Assembly: GCA_016204035.1 (NCBI GenBank)
Contig: JACQLN010000022.1
Location: forward strand, 1-49,631
DNA length: 49,631 nucleotides
DNA from: Parcubacteria group bacterium
GTDB taxonomy: Bacteria; Patescibacteriota; Minisyncoccia; JACQLN01
Direction of reading: 5' to 3'
In this document: positions 24,741 to 34,171 of the stretch, piece by piece
How the letters are laid out: the number at the start of each line of letters is the position of its first letter
Position numbering within the stretch: position 1 is the stretch's first letter
Made by a program: the position numbers and the translations under genes
Notes under the pieces: generated by a model
Seen by the model: only the letters and a program-made list of their open reading frames with translations
Databases searched by the model: none
Told to the model about the DNA's origin: nothing

Positions 24741-25127
24741 ATGTTTATAGACCTTTACGGCTATCAAAATCTTATTCTTTTTATCGCCAGAGTCGTTTTA
24801 GGCATCACTTTTATCAAGCATGGCTGGCCTAAGATAAAACAACCATTGGGTATGAAAACATGGCTGGCCGAAATGAGGTTTCCGGTTCCGGCGGCGCTTT
24901 CGGTGATTGTAGCCCTGGTGGAATTTTTTGGCGGTTGGGCGGTGCTGACGGGCGTATATTTGCAGGAAGCCGCTGTGTTGATTGCGGCCGATATGGTGGT
25001 CGCGACTTTTGTAAAAAGATTTAATCTTAAGAAAAACTGGGTGGACGGTTTTGAATTGGATTTAGCTCTGCTGGCGCTGGCTTTGATGCTGGCACTTTAC
25101 GGCGCGGGGGATTGGGCACTGTTATAG
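24741..25127 (+). CDS. DoxX-family membrane protein
   Basis: 128 aa, 4 TM. RVVLGITFIKHGWPK is a DoxX-like N-terminus. Confidence 0.65.
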   Translation: MFIDLYGYQNLILFIARVVLGITFIKHGWPKIKQPLGMKTWLAEMRFPVPAALSVIVALVEFFGGWAVLTGVYLQEAAVLIAADMVVATFVKRFNLKKNWVDGFELDLALLALALMLALYGAGDWALL

Positions 25128-25140
25128 ATGGCATGTTATA

Positions 25141-25241
25141 AAAAGAATAGGTTCCGAACGACTTCAAGGAGGTTCCAGTTAAATTATAAAGAGGGAGGAT
25201 GCAGGTGCTCCTCCTTGCAGGAGTGAGGAACCCATTCTTTT
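25141..25241 (+). repeat. structured intergenic repeat, family A, copy 3
   Basis: Core 25159..25223 matches 13721..13785 at 64 of 65 positions. Outer stem AAAAGAATAGGTTCC/GGAACCCATTCTTTT. Confidence 0.6.
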
Positions 25242-25247
25242 GGCTAT

Positions 25248-25991
25248 ATGGAAAAATTGATCAGTATAAAAAATTTAGGGGTGGCTTTTAACCAAAAGCC
25301 CGTGCTAAAAAACATCACCTTTGATATTAATCAGGGTGATATTTTAGCTGTTATCGGGCCGAACGGTTCGGGTAAAACTTTATTGATTCGCAGCATTTTG
25401 GGTTTGAATGAAAACTATACCGGAGAGATTGTGTGGCATCACCGTCCCGAAACCAGCTACGTGCCGCAAAAAATGGCCTTTGAAAAGGGCTTTCCTTTAA
25501 CGGTAAAAGAGTTTTTCCTTTTTGAAATAGGCCGAAATCTGTCTTTTTGGAAACCCAGCTTAAAAATGGAGAACGAAATTAAAAAACGGCTGGACGAGGT
25601 TAAAATAGGCCATTTGATCGACCACCGGCTGGGCGATCTTTCCCAAGGCGAGGTTCAAAGAATGTTTATCGCCCGGAGCCTGCTGGAACAACCTAAACTT
25701 ATTTTCTTTGACGAACCGGCGGCCGGCATAGACATCTCCACCGAGGCCACGGTCTACCAATTGCTTTACGATATTCATCAAAAAAACGGCCTGACTATGG
25801 TTTTGGTTTCGCACGAACTTTCGGTGGTTTACCGTTTTGCCACCAAAGTGGTTTGTTTGAACAAAGATCTTATTTGCCAAGGCGTACCTCAAGAAGTCTT
25901 GACTCCGGAAGCCTTAAAAGAAATCTACGGCCACCACCACACTTCGGTTTACAAGCATGCCCATAATTTTGAACACGACCACACCTCCTAA
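25248..25991 (+). CDS. metal (Zn/Mn-type) ABC transporter ATP-binding protein
   Basis: Walker A GPNGSGKT, signature LSQGE, Walker B IFFDEP and a His-rich tail HHHTSVYKHAHNFEHDH. Confidence 0.8.
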   Translation: MEKLISIKNLGVAFNQKPVLKNITFDINQGDILAVIGPNGSGKTLLIRSILGLNENYTGEIVWHHRPETSYVPQKMAFEKGFPLTVKEFFLFEIGRNLSFWKPSLKMENEIKKRLDEVKIGHLIDHRLGDLSQGEVQRMFIARSLLEQPKLIFFDEPAAGIDISTEATVYQLLYDIHQKNGLTMVLVSHELSVVYRFATKVVCLNKDLICQGVPQEVLTPEALKEIYGHHHTSVYKHAHNFEHDHTS

Positions 25992-26022
25992 TTTCCAATT
26001 TCTAATTACTAATTTCTAAATA

Positions 26023-26817
26023 ATGAATCTGACTGACTTATTGAATAACTTGTACCCGATCTTAATCAGTTTATCTTTAGGCTTGTCATTGCCTCTGATT
26101 GGCGTTTTTGCGATTCTGCGCCGCGAGGCCCTGTTATCAGACGCTTTGGCTCACGTGATTCTTTTAGGCATTGCTCTCGCCATAACTTTTAAGATAAATG
26201 TAATGGTTGGCATCTTGGTTTTTGCCGGCTTGGCCGGGTTAGCTATCTATGCCGTAAAAAACCGGGGTAATTTGGGCTTAGACGCTATTGTGGGTGTATT
26301 TTTTACCACTTCGCTGGCTTTGGGCTCTTTATTAATAGAGGGCGAGGAACTTTTAGAGGCCTTTTTAGGCGATCTGGAAAAAATAACGCGGGGCGATGTT
26401 ATTCTTTCCGTTATTTTAGCCGCGGTTATAGTCGCGACTTTAATAGCTAAATTTAGAGAGTTTGCTTTTATATCTTTCGCGCCGGATCTGGCCAAGGTGG
26501 ACAAGCTTAACGTAAAAAAATACGAACTGTTTTTTGTATTATTGCTGTCGCTGGGCGTGGCTATGGGCATACAGCTGGTGGGCACTCTCTTAATTAGCGC
26601 CCTCGTGATAATTCCGGCGGCCACGGCCAAGATCTTCAGTTTTCAAATACGCGCCATGGCCGCGTGGAGTATGGTTTTTGGCCTAACCACAGTGTTGGCC
26701 GGTTTGGCGGTGGTTAATTTTCTCGGCTCGCCCCCCGGCCCCACCATTATTCTCGTCAGCTCCGCTATTTTCTTTTTGATATTTCTCCTACATTCCATCT
26801 TCAAAACCCATTCCTAG
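26023..26817 (+). CDS. metal ABC transporter permease (ZnuB/MntB-like)
   Basis: 264 aa, polytopic, directly downstream of the ATPase. The SDALAH motif is typical of ABC-3 permeases. Confidence 0.8.
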   Translation: MNLTDLLNNLYPILISLSLGLSLPLIGVFAILRREALLSDALAHVILLGIALAITFKINVMVGILVFAGLAGLAIYAVKNRGNLGLDAIVGVFFTTSLALGSLLIEGEELLEAFLGDLEKITRGDVILSVILAAVIVATLIAKFREFAFISFAPDLAKVDKLNVKKYELFFVLLLSLGVAMGIQLVGTLLISALVIIPAATAKIFSFQIRAMAAWSMVFGLTTVLAGLAVVNFLGSPPGPTIILVSSAIFFLIFLLHSIFKTHS

Positions 26818-26878
26818 ATAATCAGTGATATTATCTAGTTATCCACTTTTGGCCTAAACTAAGCTTAGGCCATCAAAG

Positions 26879-27826
26879 CTAACGCAAAATCCTGCCAATT
26901 AAATAGACATAACCATTCAGAAATTCTTGGGCGGTTAAAATTTTAGAACTCTCCGGCTGGAGTTTGTTGATTTTAACCGCCCCCTCGCGGCAGGCGATAT
27001 AGAGATTTTTGGATGCATCTATAAAAACCTCTCCCGCTTTATGTTCAACCCTCAGGGTTGAACATTTTTGAATTTCAATCAGTTTAAGACGAACACTCCG
27101 ACCCGTTCTATCCTTAAAAAAAGTAAAAATACCCGGCCATCTGATGTAGGCCCGCCAGAGGTTGTAAACTTCTTCGCCCGACATTTTTTGCCAATTTATT
27201 CGGCCGTTTTCTTTTTTAATCAGTTTGGTGAAAGTGGCTTGAGAATCGTCTTGAGGTTGGGGTTGGAGTTCGCCCGAGACATATCTAGGCAAATCCCGAA
27301 TAATTATTTTAGCGCCTAGTTCGGCCAGTTTCGATTCCAGCGTCAGGTAGGTATCCTCACCCTCGATCATAATAGTCTCCTGAAATATCACCGGCCCGTG
27401 ATCCACTTTTTCATCTATAAGCATTAATGAAACTCCGGTTTCGGTTAAACCCTGGGCCAAAGCCGTCTGAATAGGCGAAGCGCCGCGCAACTTAGGTAAG
27501 AGTGAGGGATGAACATTAATGGTTTTGAATTTAGGGATATTGATAATCTCCGCGGGCAGTATCTGGCCGTAAGCCGCTATAATCATAACGTCCGGCACCA
27601 AACCAACAATTTGAGCGGCAACGTCTTTGATTGATTCCGGTGTAACCAAACTCAAATTCAATTCTTGGGCGGCCAGGGCTACAGGAGAGGGGATAAGTAA
27701 TTTTTTTTTGCCGGACGGCCGAGGCGGTTCCGCAACAACTAAAACAATCTCCCAATTGGTTTTAGACGTAATCGCTTTTAATATCGGCGCGGCGAAATCG
27801 GATGTACCAGTAAAAACAATTTTCAT
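26879..27826 (-). CDS. fmt: methionyl-tRNA formyltransferase
   Basis: NVHPSLLPKLRGASPIQ motif. Overlaps def by 4 nt. Confidence 0.9.
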   Translation of the reverse strand: MKIVFTGTSDFAAPILKAITSKTNWEIVLVVAEPPRPSGKKKLLIPSPVALAAQELNLSLVTPESIKDVAAQIVGLVPDVMIIAAYGQILPAEIINIPKFKTINVHPSLLPKLRGASPIQTALAQGLTETGVSLMLIDEKVDHGPVIFQETIMIEGEDTYLTLESKLAELGAKIIIRDLPRYVSGELQPQPQDDSQATFTKLIKKENGRINWQKMSGEEVYNLWRAYIRWPGIFTFFKDRTGRSVRLKLIEIQKCSTLRVEHKAGEVFIDASKNLYIACREGAVKINKLQPESSKILTAQEFLNGYVYLIGRILR

Positions 27827-28272
27827 TTCAGATGATCAACAAATAAAACTCCGTTTAAGTGGTCAACTTCGTGCAACATCAAACGGGCCAAGATGCCTTT
27901 AGCCCGGATTTTGAATTTTTTACCGTGTGCGTCTATGGCTTTTACTGTGGCTTTATCGGCCCGGGCCAGTTCGTGCCACTTTTCGGGCAAACTCAAACAA
28001 CCTTCTTCTTCCACCGCGTCTTTTTTGGAAGTTTGGGTTATGGCCGGGTTTATAAAAATAGTATGGCCGTCTTTGGCTAATTCTTCGCTGACTATAAACA
28101 GGCGGATGTTGCGGCCCACTTGCGGCGCGGCCAAGCCCACGCCGTTTTTGGCCTGGGCCAAAGTTTCTTTCATTTCTGTTATCAACGCCAAAACTGCGGG
28201 TGTGATTTTTTCAACCTCTTCCGATTTATTCCTTAGAATTTTGTTTTTCTCTCCGGTTATTATATTCAACAT
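27823..28272 (-). CDS. def: peptide deformylase
   Basis: GVGLAAPQ, EGCLS and HEVDHLNG motifs. Confidence 0.9.
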   Translation of the reverse strand: MLNIITGEKNKILRNKSEEVEKITPAVLALITEMKETLAQAKNGVGLAAPQVGRNIRLFIVSEELAKDGHTIFINPAITQTSKKDAVEEEGCLSLPEKWHELARADKATVKAIDAHGKKFKIRAKGILARLMLHEVDHLNGVLFVDHLK

Positions 28273-28525
28273 TTGTTTTTTTGGTTAAACCCTTTATAGC
28301 GGCAAAAAAATATCTGCCGCGCGCCTCCATAGGTAAATCTTTTTTTTCTAAAACCCTTTTGGCCAGGGCTCGCAGGTCGGATTCATAATACAGCCGGGCG
28401 ATGCCCAAATAAGCGGCGAACTTTTTGGGTTCGGCCATCAAAACCGATATGTCTTCGGCCAGTAAATGCTCCTTGGAATGCAGGCGCTTGTTGGGCCGGC
28501 GATTTATTATTTCACCCAGCTTCAT
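28226..28525 (-). CDS. hypothetical protein
   Basis: 99-aa ORF upstream of def, overlapping it by 47 nt. No family recognised. Confidence 0.4.
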   Translation of the reverse strand: MKLGEIINRRPNKRLHSKEHLLAEDISVLMAEPKKFAAYLGIARLYYESDLRALAKRVLEKKDLPMEARGRYFFAAIKGLTKKTNVEYNNRREKQNSKE

Positions 28526-28568
28526 GATAATATTATCTCATTAAAACCTATAATAACAGGTATAACCC

Positions 28569-29189
28569 ATGTTTTTGATTTACGCCATATCCGAAAGGAT
28601 CGTCTGGCTGTTTGTTTTTATAGTAACGCGTTTTTTGGGCTCTTTTAAGGTGGTCGGCCGCGAAAACTTAAAAAACCTGCCCCGGCCTTTAATGATCGTC
28701 GCCAACCACCGCACCTATTTTGACCCGGTGATCATAGGCACTATTTTTCCGTTTTTTTCCAAATACATTCCCATTGCCTTTATGGTAGACGATAGATACT
28801 ACCATAATCCGTTCCTTAAAATCTTTTTTAAGCTGACCTACACCTTTCCGGCTTATTACGGCCAGGGCTTGGATGTTTCATTGCGCGAACCGCGCCGTGT
28901 TCTAAAAAAAGGCCGGGTATTTTTGATTTTTCCTTCAGGGGAAAGGCGCGTAGCCGGGCCGGAACCGCGCCCCAAAAGGGGCGCGGCGGCGTTAGCCCTG
29001 GAAATGCCCGACCTAAAAATCCTGCCAATCTATTTTAAGTCCCACGACAATTACGGGCTTAAAACTGTTATTGTTGTAGGCAAAGCGTTTAAGCTTTCCG
29101 AGATTACATTCAGCCAGGAAGTAGGCGAAGTGGCTTTGGCTCTGGCGGATGAGATTTTTAAGTTGGCACAAACGATTCAGGCCCCCTAA
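28569..29189 (+). CDS. 1-acyl-sn-glycerol-3-phosphate acyltransferase family protein
   Basis: HxxxxD motif NHRTYFD and FPSGER. Confidence 0.75.
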   Translation: MFLIYAISERIVWLFVFIVTRFLGSFKVVGRENLKNLPRPLMIVANHRTYFDPVIIGTIFPFFSKYIPIAFMVDDRYYHNPFLKIFFKLTYTFPAYYGQGLDVSLREPRRVLKKGRVFLIFPSGERRVAGPEPRPKRGAAALALEMPDLKILPIYFKSHDNYGLKTVIVVGKAFKLSEITFSQEVGEVALALADEIFKLAQTIQAP

Positions 29190-29194
29190 AAACA

Positions 29195-29725
29195 ATGATA
29201 ATTTTACTGGTCGCGTTGCTGGAGATAATTTTACTTATTTTAGCGGCCGTTCTTTTTGCTTTTTTCATGGTGCCGCTGTTTTTTTACGGCGCGCCTTTCT
29301 TGCCTTCGTACCGCCGCCAAAAGAGGCAAATTTTAGAACCGCTTTTTGAACTGGCCCGGCCAGCGCCGGGGAGGAAATTTGTAGACCTGGGCTCGGGCGA
29401 TGGGCGAGTGGTTATGGAGTTTGCCCGAGCCGGTTTTGACAGCTGGGGTGTGGAGTTTAATCCCGCTTTGGCTTGGTGGAGCCGGCTGGCCATTAAAAGG
29501 TTCGGGCTTAAAAACGCCCATATCATCAAAAAAAGTTTTTGGAAAATTGATCTGGGCAGTTTTGACATTATTTATATTTACCAATTGACTTCAATAAACG
29601 CCCTCTTGGCCGACAAATTCAAAAAAGAATTAAAAACCGGCGCCCTAATAATCAGCGCCGGCTTCTTTCTGCCTAACTTTGAGCTGGTCAAAAAAGAGGG
29701 AATCTTTTGGGTGTATAGAAATTAA
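29195..29725 (+). CDS. class I SAM-dependent methyltransferase with N-terminal TM segment
   Basis: Motif I VDLGSGDGR. Confidence 0.65.
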   Translation: MIILLVALLEIILLILAAVLFAFFMVPLFFYGAPFLPSYRRQKRQILEPLFELARPAPGRKFVDLGSGDGRVVMEFARAGFDSWGVEFNPALAWWSRLAIKRFGLKNAHIIKKSFWKIDLGSFDIIYIYQLTSINALLADKFKKELKTGALIISAGFFLPNFELVKKEGIFWVYRN

Positions 29726-29727
29726 AG

Positions 29728-29754
29728 ATCGGGCGATGGTTGCCATCGCCCGAT
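29728..29754. terminator. bidirectional hairpin ATCGGGCGATGG-TTG-CCATCGCCCGAT
   Basis: Perfect 12-bp stem between convergent genes. Confidence 0.6.
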
Positions 29755-29763
29755 TCTGGGAAC

Positions 29764-30342
29764 TTAAAAAAGATCGTATCGCTCAACAATCTCGTCAATC
29801 AAACCCAGCACCAGGGCCTCGTCAGGCGTGAATTTTGATCTATACTTTTCACCGTTTTGCATGAGTTCGCGCAATTGTTCTCTTGTCATCTTGGTACGCG
29901 CTAACAAAATATCCTCAGTAGTCTTTTGGAATACTTGCGCTTCCTTTATTTTCACTCTCAATACTTCTACCACTTCCGACTCACTTTGATTCAACTTGAA
30001 ACTAAAATCATTATGGGAAACAAAGTGCAGAAAAAACCTACTGTTAGGCGTGGACAATCTCCGGCAACAGGATTGAAGCACAGACACAGCAGAGGAACCG
30101 CACCCACCTATCACAACACCAATCACTGGAGCTTTGGAATTTTTTATCATATCAAACAAATACAATGCCGGTTCAATCTGGCCCCCGCCGCTGTCTATCA
30201 CCAGTTTTATTTCTTCACTTGATGTTAAGTTTAGTTCGACAATTCCGGAACAGATTCTATCAACCGTTTCTTTGTTTATATTATCTCCCAAACCAATAAT
30301 ACGCCTTTCCAATAGTTTTTTTGATCTTTCTTCGCGTTCCAT
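29764..30342 (-). CDS. ClpP-like serine protease family protein
   Basis: The GGCGSSAVSVL and PNSRFFLHF segments align by eye to ClpP GQAASMG and PNSRVMIHQP. Strong SD AGGAGGTG. No clpX nearby. Confidence 0.6.
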   Translation of the reverse strand: MEREERSKKLLERRIIGLGDNINKETVDRICSGIVELNLTSSEEIKLVIDSGGGQIEPALYLFDMIKNSKAPVIGVVIGGCGSSAVSVLQSCCRRLSTPNSRFFLHFVSHNDFSFKLNQSESEVVEVLRVKIKEAQVFQKTTEDILLARTKMTREQLRELMQNGEKYRSKFTPDEALVLGLIDEIVERYDLF

Positions 30343-30514
30343 CTAAACACCTCCTTTTTCGATTATAAGTTGTTTTTAAGGTGCTTGAATATATAGTTAC
30401 ATATTTTAATGTATTTAGTCAAGGAAAATATGAATAAAAAAATTCACTAAAAAAGAGGGGATATTTTGGGTGTACAAAACCTAACCATGTACACAGCAAT
30501 TCCTGATCTGGAAT

Positions 30515-31069
30515 TTATGACGAAATATCTAAAATATTCAAAGCTTTTCTATATTGCTCCGGTTTCACTCCATTACACCAATCTTCTGATTTTTCTTCTT
30601 TTAATTTTTGGTATTCTTCAAAACGAAGCCATTGTGCCTCACTAACCTCACCGTCCGAAAAATTAAGTTCTGATAAATCTCCATTAAAAAGAACAGCATA
30701 GCTTTCATAAACGTGCATATTATCATCACGGCGGCCTTTCTCTACAAGCTTAAAATCGTCTTTACTAATTTTAAGGCCAATTTCCTCATTGAGCTCTCGT
30801 TTGACGGTTTCGGAAAAAGTAGAATTTGCTCTGACGTGGCCGCCGACATATGTTTGCCACTTATTTGGATTGCCGGAAACATGAGAAGCGCGGCGTGTGC
30901 ATAGTATTTCACTTTTACTATTAAACACCCAAATATTCGTTATGGCATGCCAAATACGGTAAGGTTTCTGATGCACCACACCACGAGACTGCGGTGCAAT
31001 TACGTTGTCCTGTTCATCAAAACACAAAAGCATCTCATTGTTGTCGCTGTATGTTATTTCTTTTGACAT
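30515..31069 (-). CDS. Nudix hydrolase
   Basis: Nudix box GGHVRANSTFSETVKRELNEEIGL. Confidence 0.8.
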   Translation of the reverse strand: MSKEITYSDNNEMLLCFDEQDNVIAPQSRGVVHQKPYRIWHAITNIWVFNSKSEILCTRRASHVSGNPNKWQTYVGGHVRANSTFSETVKRELNEEIGLKISKDDFKLVEKGRRDDNMHVYESYAVLFNGDLSELNFSDGEVSEAQWLRFEEYQKLKEEKSEDWCNGVKPEQYRKALNILDISS

Positions 31070-31223
31070 ATTACTGTCATAATAACAATTTTTCCGTATA
31101 TAAAAAACGGGTGATGGTTTTTTGGTGGCTGTATAAACAATATAACCCTAACAATCCCGCTATCGCAGAATTATTAGAGTTATAAAAATTAGAAGTTAGA
31201 AATGAGCAAGTTCAAGTTTTAGT

Positions 31224-31252
31224 TTGTCAACAAACAATATTTTAGGTATAAT
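31224..31252 (+). promoter_or_regulatory. promoter TTGTCA-17-TATAAT, 10 nt upstream of the ATG (leaderless-type)
   Basis: -35 at 31224..31229, -10 at 31247..31252, ATG at 31263. Confidence 0.5.
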
Positions 31253-31262
31253 TTATAAAAAT

Positions 31263-32345
31263 ATGAATAAAGAAAATACTTTTGCTTTCATTGTGCATCC
31301 TAGAGGATACGGGGACGTGCTTGCAAACATCAAAATAACCAGATTCTTCCCAAAATATTTAGTGCTAAAAATTCTAAAATTAATCAAACCGTTCATAGTG
31401 TCGGAGATAAGCGGATTTAAGTCGTTGGATGCAGGCAAAGAACTAAACGGATTGGTTATAGCTGTACCCTTGTTTCCAAAAGATATTGTAGAAAATAGAG
31501 TTTTAACAAGAAAAAAAATTGAACAGGCTGTTGATTTGGCCAAAAAAAAGGGCGCCCAGGTGGTAGGGTTGGGGGGACTGCTCGGTTCCGTCACCGAAGG
31601 GGGCGCGGGCCTTACCAAAAGAGAGGGGACTATAATAACGGCCGGCAGGGCTTATACGGCTTATGTGGTCACTCAATATGCCGAAGACGCTGTTAGAAGA
31701 TTCGGTTTGGAAAAAGAAAAAACGACAATTGCCGTTGTGGGCGCGGCCGGAGGAGTCGGTTCAACTGTAACAAAAATTTTAGCGGCAGATAAATTCAAAA
31801 AAATAGTTTTAATAGACCTCGAAAGAAAACTGGGGAAAATAAAGAAAAAAACGGAAGAGACGGCGCAACACCAAACAAAAGTGATTATTACACATCAAAT
31901 GCATAATGTCTTGGAAGCGGATATAATAATAACAGCCACCAATGCGCCTGAGGCCGTACTAAAATCAGAAGATATAAAAACCGGCGCCATAATCATAGAT
32001 GATGCCCAACCATCCGATATTTCACCTGAAGTCATAGAATCAAGAAAAGACATTATTATAATAGAAGCGGGCGTAATAACAGCGGGAAACGTCAAAACAG
32101 GGACAAATTTTAGGTTAGCCAATAAAGATGAAATCTACTGCTGTCTGGGAGAGGTGATATCAATTGCGGCGTCTAGCTGGAATGGAAATTACTCGGCAGG
32201 AGATATTTCTTTGGAAACTATAAACGAGATCGCGGTTATAGCAGACAAGATTGGTTTCAAACTGGCTCCGTACCAAAATTTTGGGAAAACCATTCCGCCG
32301 GAAACAATCACCGGGGTAATGAAGATAATTTCCGAAAGAGCTTAA
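31263..32345 (+). CDS. NAD(P)-binding oxidoreductase (shikimate dehydrogenase / acyl-ACP reductase-like)
   Basis: N-terminal FAFIVHP and a Rossmann motif VVGAAGGVGS. The start was moved to 31263 because 31224 lies in the promoter. Confidence 0.5.
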   Translation: MNKENTFAFIVHPRGYGDVLANIKITRFFPKYLVLKILKLIKPFIVSEISGFKSLDAGKELNGLVIAVPLFPKDIVENRVLTRKKIEQAVDLAKKKGAQVVGLGGLLGSVTEGGAGLTKREGTIITAGRAYTAYVVTQYAEDAVRRFGLEKEKTTIAVVGAAGGVGSTVTKILAADKFKKIVLIDLERKLGKIKKKTEETAQHQTKVIITHQMHNVLEADIIITATNAPEAVLKSEDIKTGAIIIDDAQPSDISPEVIESRKDIIIIEAGVITAGNVKTGTNFRLANKDEIYCCLGEVISIAASSWNGNYSAGDISLETINEIAVIADKIGFKLAPYQNFGKTIPPETITGVMKIISERA

Positions 32346-32348
32346 ATA

Positions 32349-34058
32349 ATGCCCGAAGTTTATTTCGATTTTAATTTGATAAACATACTGGTGGCGTTGT
32401 CTATGTTTGTGCACGCAACCTTGGGTTTTTTGATTTTTCTTAAAGGCAAGGAGGATAAAAACGGCCAAGGATATTTGGTGGTAATACTGGTGATACTGCT
32501 TTGGTCTTTTAGCATGATCTCGTACCGCTCGGCCGATAATATTAATGATTCTTTAATTTGGGCCCGGATTCTTTACGCCATGGCAACTTTTGCGGTCACC
32601 GGCTTTTTATATTTCTCTTTCGTTTTTTTGAATGAAAAAGTAAGTTTTGGAATCTATAAAAAACTCATAATTATAATCTTAAACGGATTATTTTTGTTCT
32701 TATCCTTAACCAATCTGATTGTTAAAAATGTTCTTATCCCGGAACAGGGTGAAAAAATTATAAAATGGGGTACATTATACCCGTTTTACACCGTCTACAT
32801 ATCAGGGATGTTTTTATGGGGTTTTATAAATCTTTACCGCAAATATAAACTCTCGGAAGGTATAGAAAGAACCCAAATCAGTTACGTGTTTTGGGGATAT
32901 TTTTTTGGTTCAAACCTGGCTGTGGTTTCAAACTTGATATTACCTTCGTTTAATTATTTTAAGTTCAATTGGCTGGGCCAGATTTTTACCACCATAATGG
33001 TTGGCTTCACCACCTACGCCATTCTTAAGCATCATCTATTGAACATTAAAGTCATCACAACCGAGATTTTTGTGATTCTGGTAAGCATGACTTTATTGGT
33101 TAGAACGCTTTTTTCCGTCACCCCCAACGAAATAATATTCAACGTCAGCATCTTTTTGGGAGTAACCGCATTTGGCATATTGCTTATAAGAAGTGTTTTG
33201 AAAGAAGTTGAACAAAGGGAAAAATTAGAAAGCTTGACCAAAGAATTAGAGGCGGCGAATACCGAATTAAAACGGGTGGACGCGGCTAAGTCGGAATTCG
33301 TGTCTATTGTTTCGCATCAATTAAGAACGCCTTTAACCGCCGTTAAAGGTTATATTTCCATGATGATAGAAGGCACCTACGGCAAACTGCAAGAGATTCA
33401 AAGCGGCACTTTGCAAAAAGTGTTTCAGTCGGCGGAACATTTAATAACGCTGGTAAACGACCTTTTGAATCTAAACCGCATAGAAGAGGGGAGGATTATT
33501 TATGAATTCAAGCCGGTGGATTTGGCCCAGATGGTGGATGACGCCATTTTTGATTTTAGGAAGATGGCTGAAGATAAAAAGTTAAAACTGACTTGGATAA
33601 AACCCCATGGCTTGCCCCTGGCTTGGGCCGACCCCGACAAAATCCGCCAAGTGGTAGTTAATTTTATAGACAACGCCATCAAGTACACCGCCGAGGGCTG
33701 TGTCAATGTGAACTTAAAACTGGAAAATGATTATTTGGTTTATTATGTTACTGATACCGGCGTGGGCATGGGACCCGAAGAAAAAGTACGGTTGTTCAAA
33801 AAATTTGAACGCGGCGAGGGCGGGCGCTTGATGTATACCGGCGGCACCGGTTTGGGCTTGTATGTGGCCAAGCTGATGACCGAAGCCCATCATGGGGAAA
33901 TCAACGGCGTTTCGGAAGGCCAGGGTAGAGGCAGCATGTTTACCATAAAAATCCCCACAGAAGAATATGCCAAGAGAAATAATATCAATCAACAGACAAC
34001 TCCAACATCATCTACGCCACCAACCACCTCCCAATCCACTTCTCAGACTAATAAATGA
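32349..34058 (+). CDS. sensor histidine kinase with polytopic N-terminal domain
   Basis: H-box SHQLRTPLT, N-box DNAIKYT, G1 DTGVGM and G2 GGTGLGL. About 8 TM segments. No response regulator is adjacent. Confidence 0.85.
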   Translation: MPEVYFDFNLINILVALSMFVHATLGFLIFLKGKEDKNGQGYLVVILVILLWSFSMISYRSADNINDSLIWARILYAMATFAVTGFLYFSFVFLNEKVSFGIYKKLIIIILNGLFLFLSLTNLIVKNVLIPEQGEKIIKWGTLYPFYTVYISGMFLWGFINLYRKYKLSEGIERTQISYVFWGYFFGSNLAVVSNLILPSFNYFKFNWLGQIFTTIMVGFTTYAILKHHLLNIKVITTEIFVILVSMTLLVRTLFSVTPNEIIFNVSIFLGVTAFGILLIRSVLKEVEQREKLESLTKELEAANTELKRVDAAKSEFVSIVSHQLRTPLTAVKGYISMMIEGTYGKLQEIQSGTLQKVFQSAEHLITLVNDLLNLNRIEEGRIIYEFKPVDLAQMVDDAIFDFRKMAEDKKLKLTWIKPHGLPLAWADPDKIRQVVVNFIDNAIKYTAEGCVNVNLKLENDYLVYYVTDTGVGMGPEEKVRLFKKFERGEGGRLMYTGGTGLGLYVAKLMTEAHHGEINGVSEGQGRGSMFTIKIPTEEYAKRNNINQQTTPTSSTPPTTSQSTSQTNK

Positions 34059-34121
34059 ACAAATTATAGTGATTATAAGATAATATAACGTTTTATCATA
34101 CAATCACTATAATAGTCATGT

Positions 34122-34161
34122 TTATAACAATTATTTCACGATCGTAAGCTACTTGTTATAA
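34122..34161. promoter_or_regulatory. 40-bp composite palindrome TTATAACAA-N7-ACGATCGT-N7-TTGTTATAA overlapping the -10 region
   Basis: Read directly from the sequence. The right arm overlaps TATAAA (34157..34162), 9 nt before ATG 34172. Confidence 0.5.
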
Positions 34162-34171
34162 AATTAATAAT

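Noticed and set aside
32349-34058. An orphan histidine kinase with no response regulator, considered as an unusual system.
   Set aside because: Orphan kinases are common, and the partner may be encoded elsewhere. Nothing in the sequence itself is atypical.
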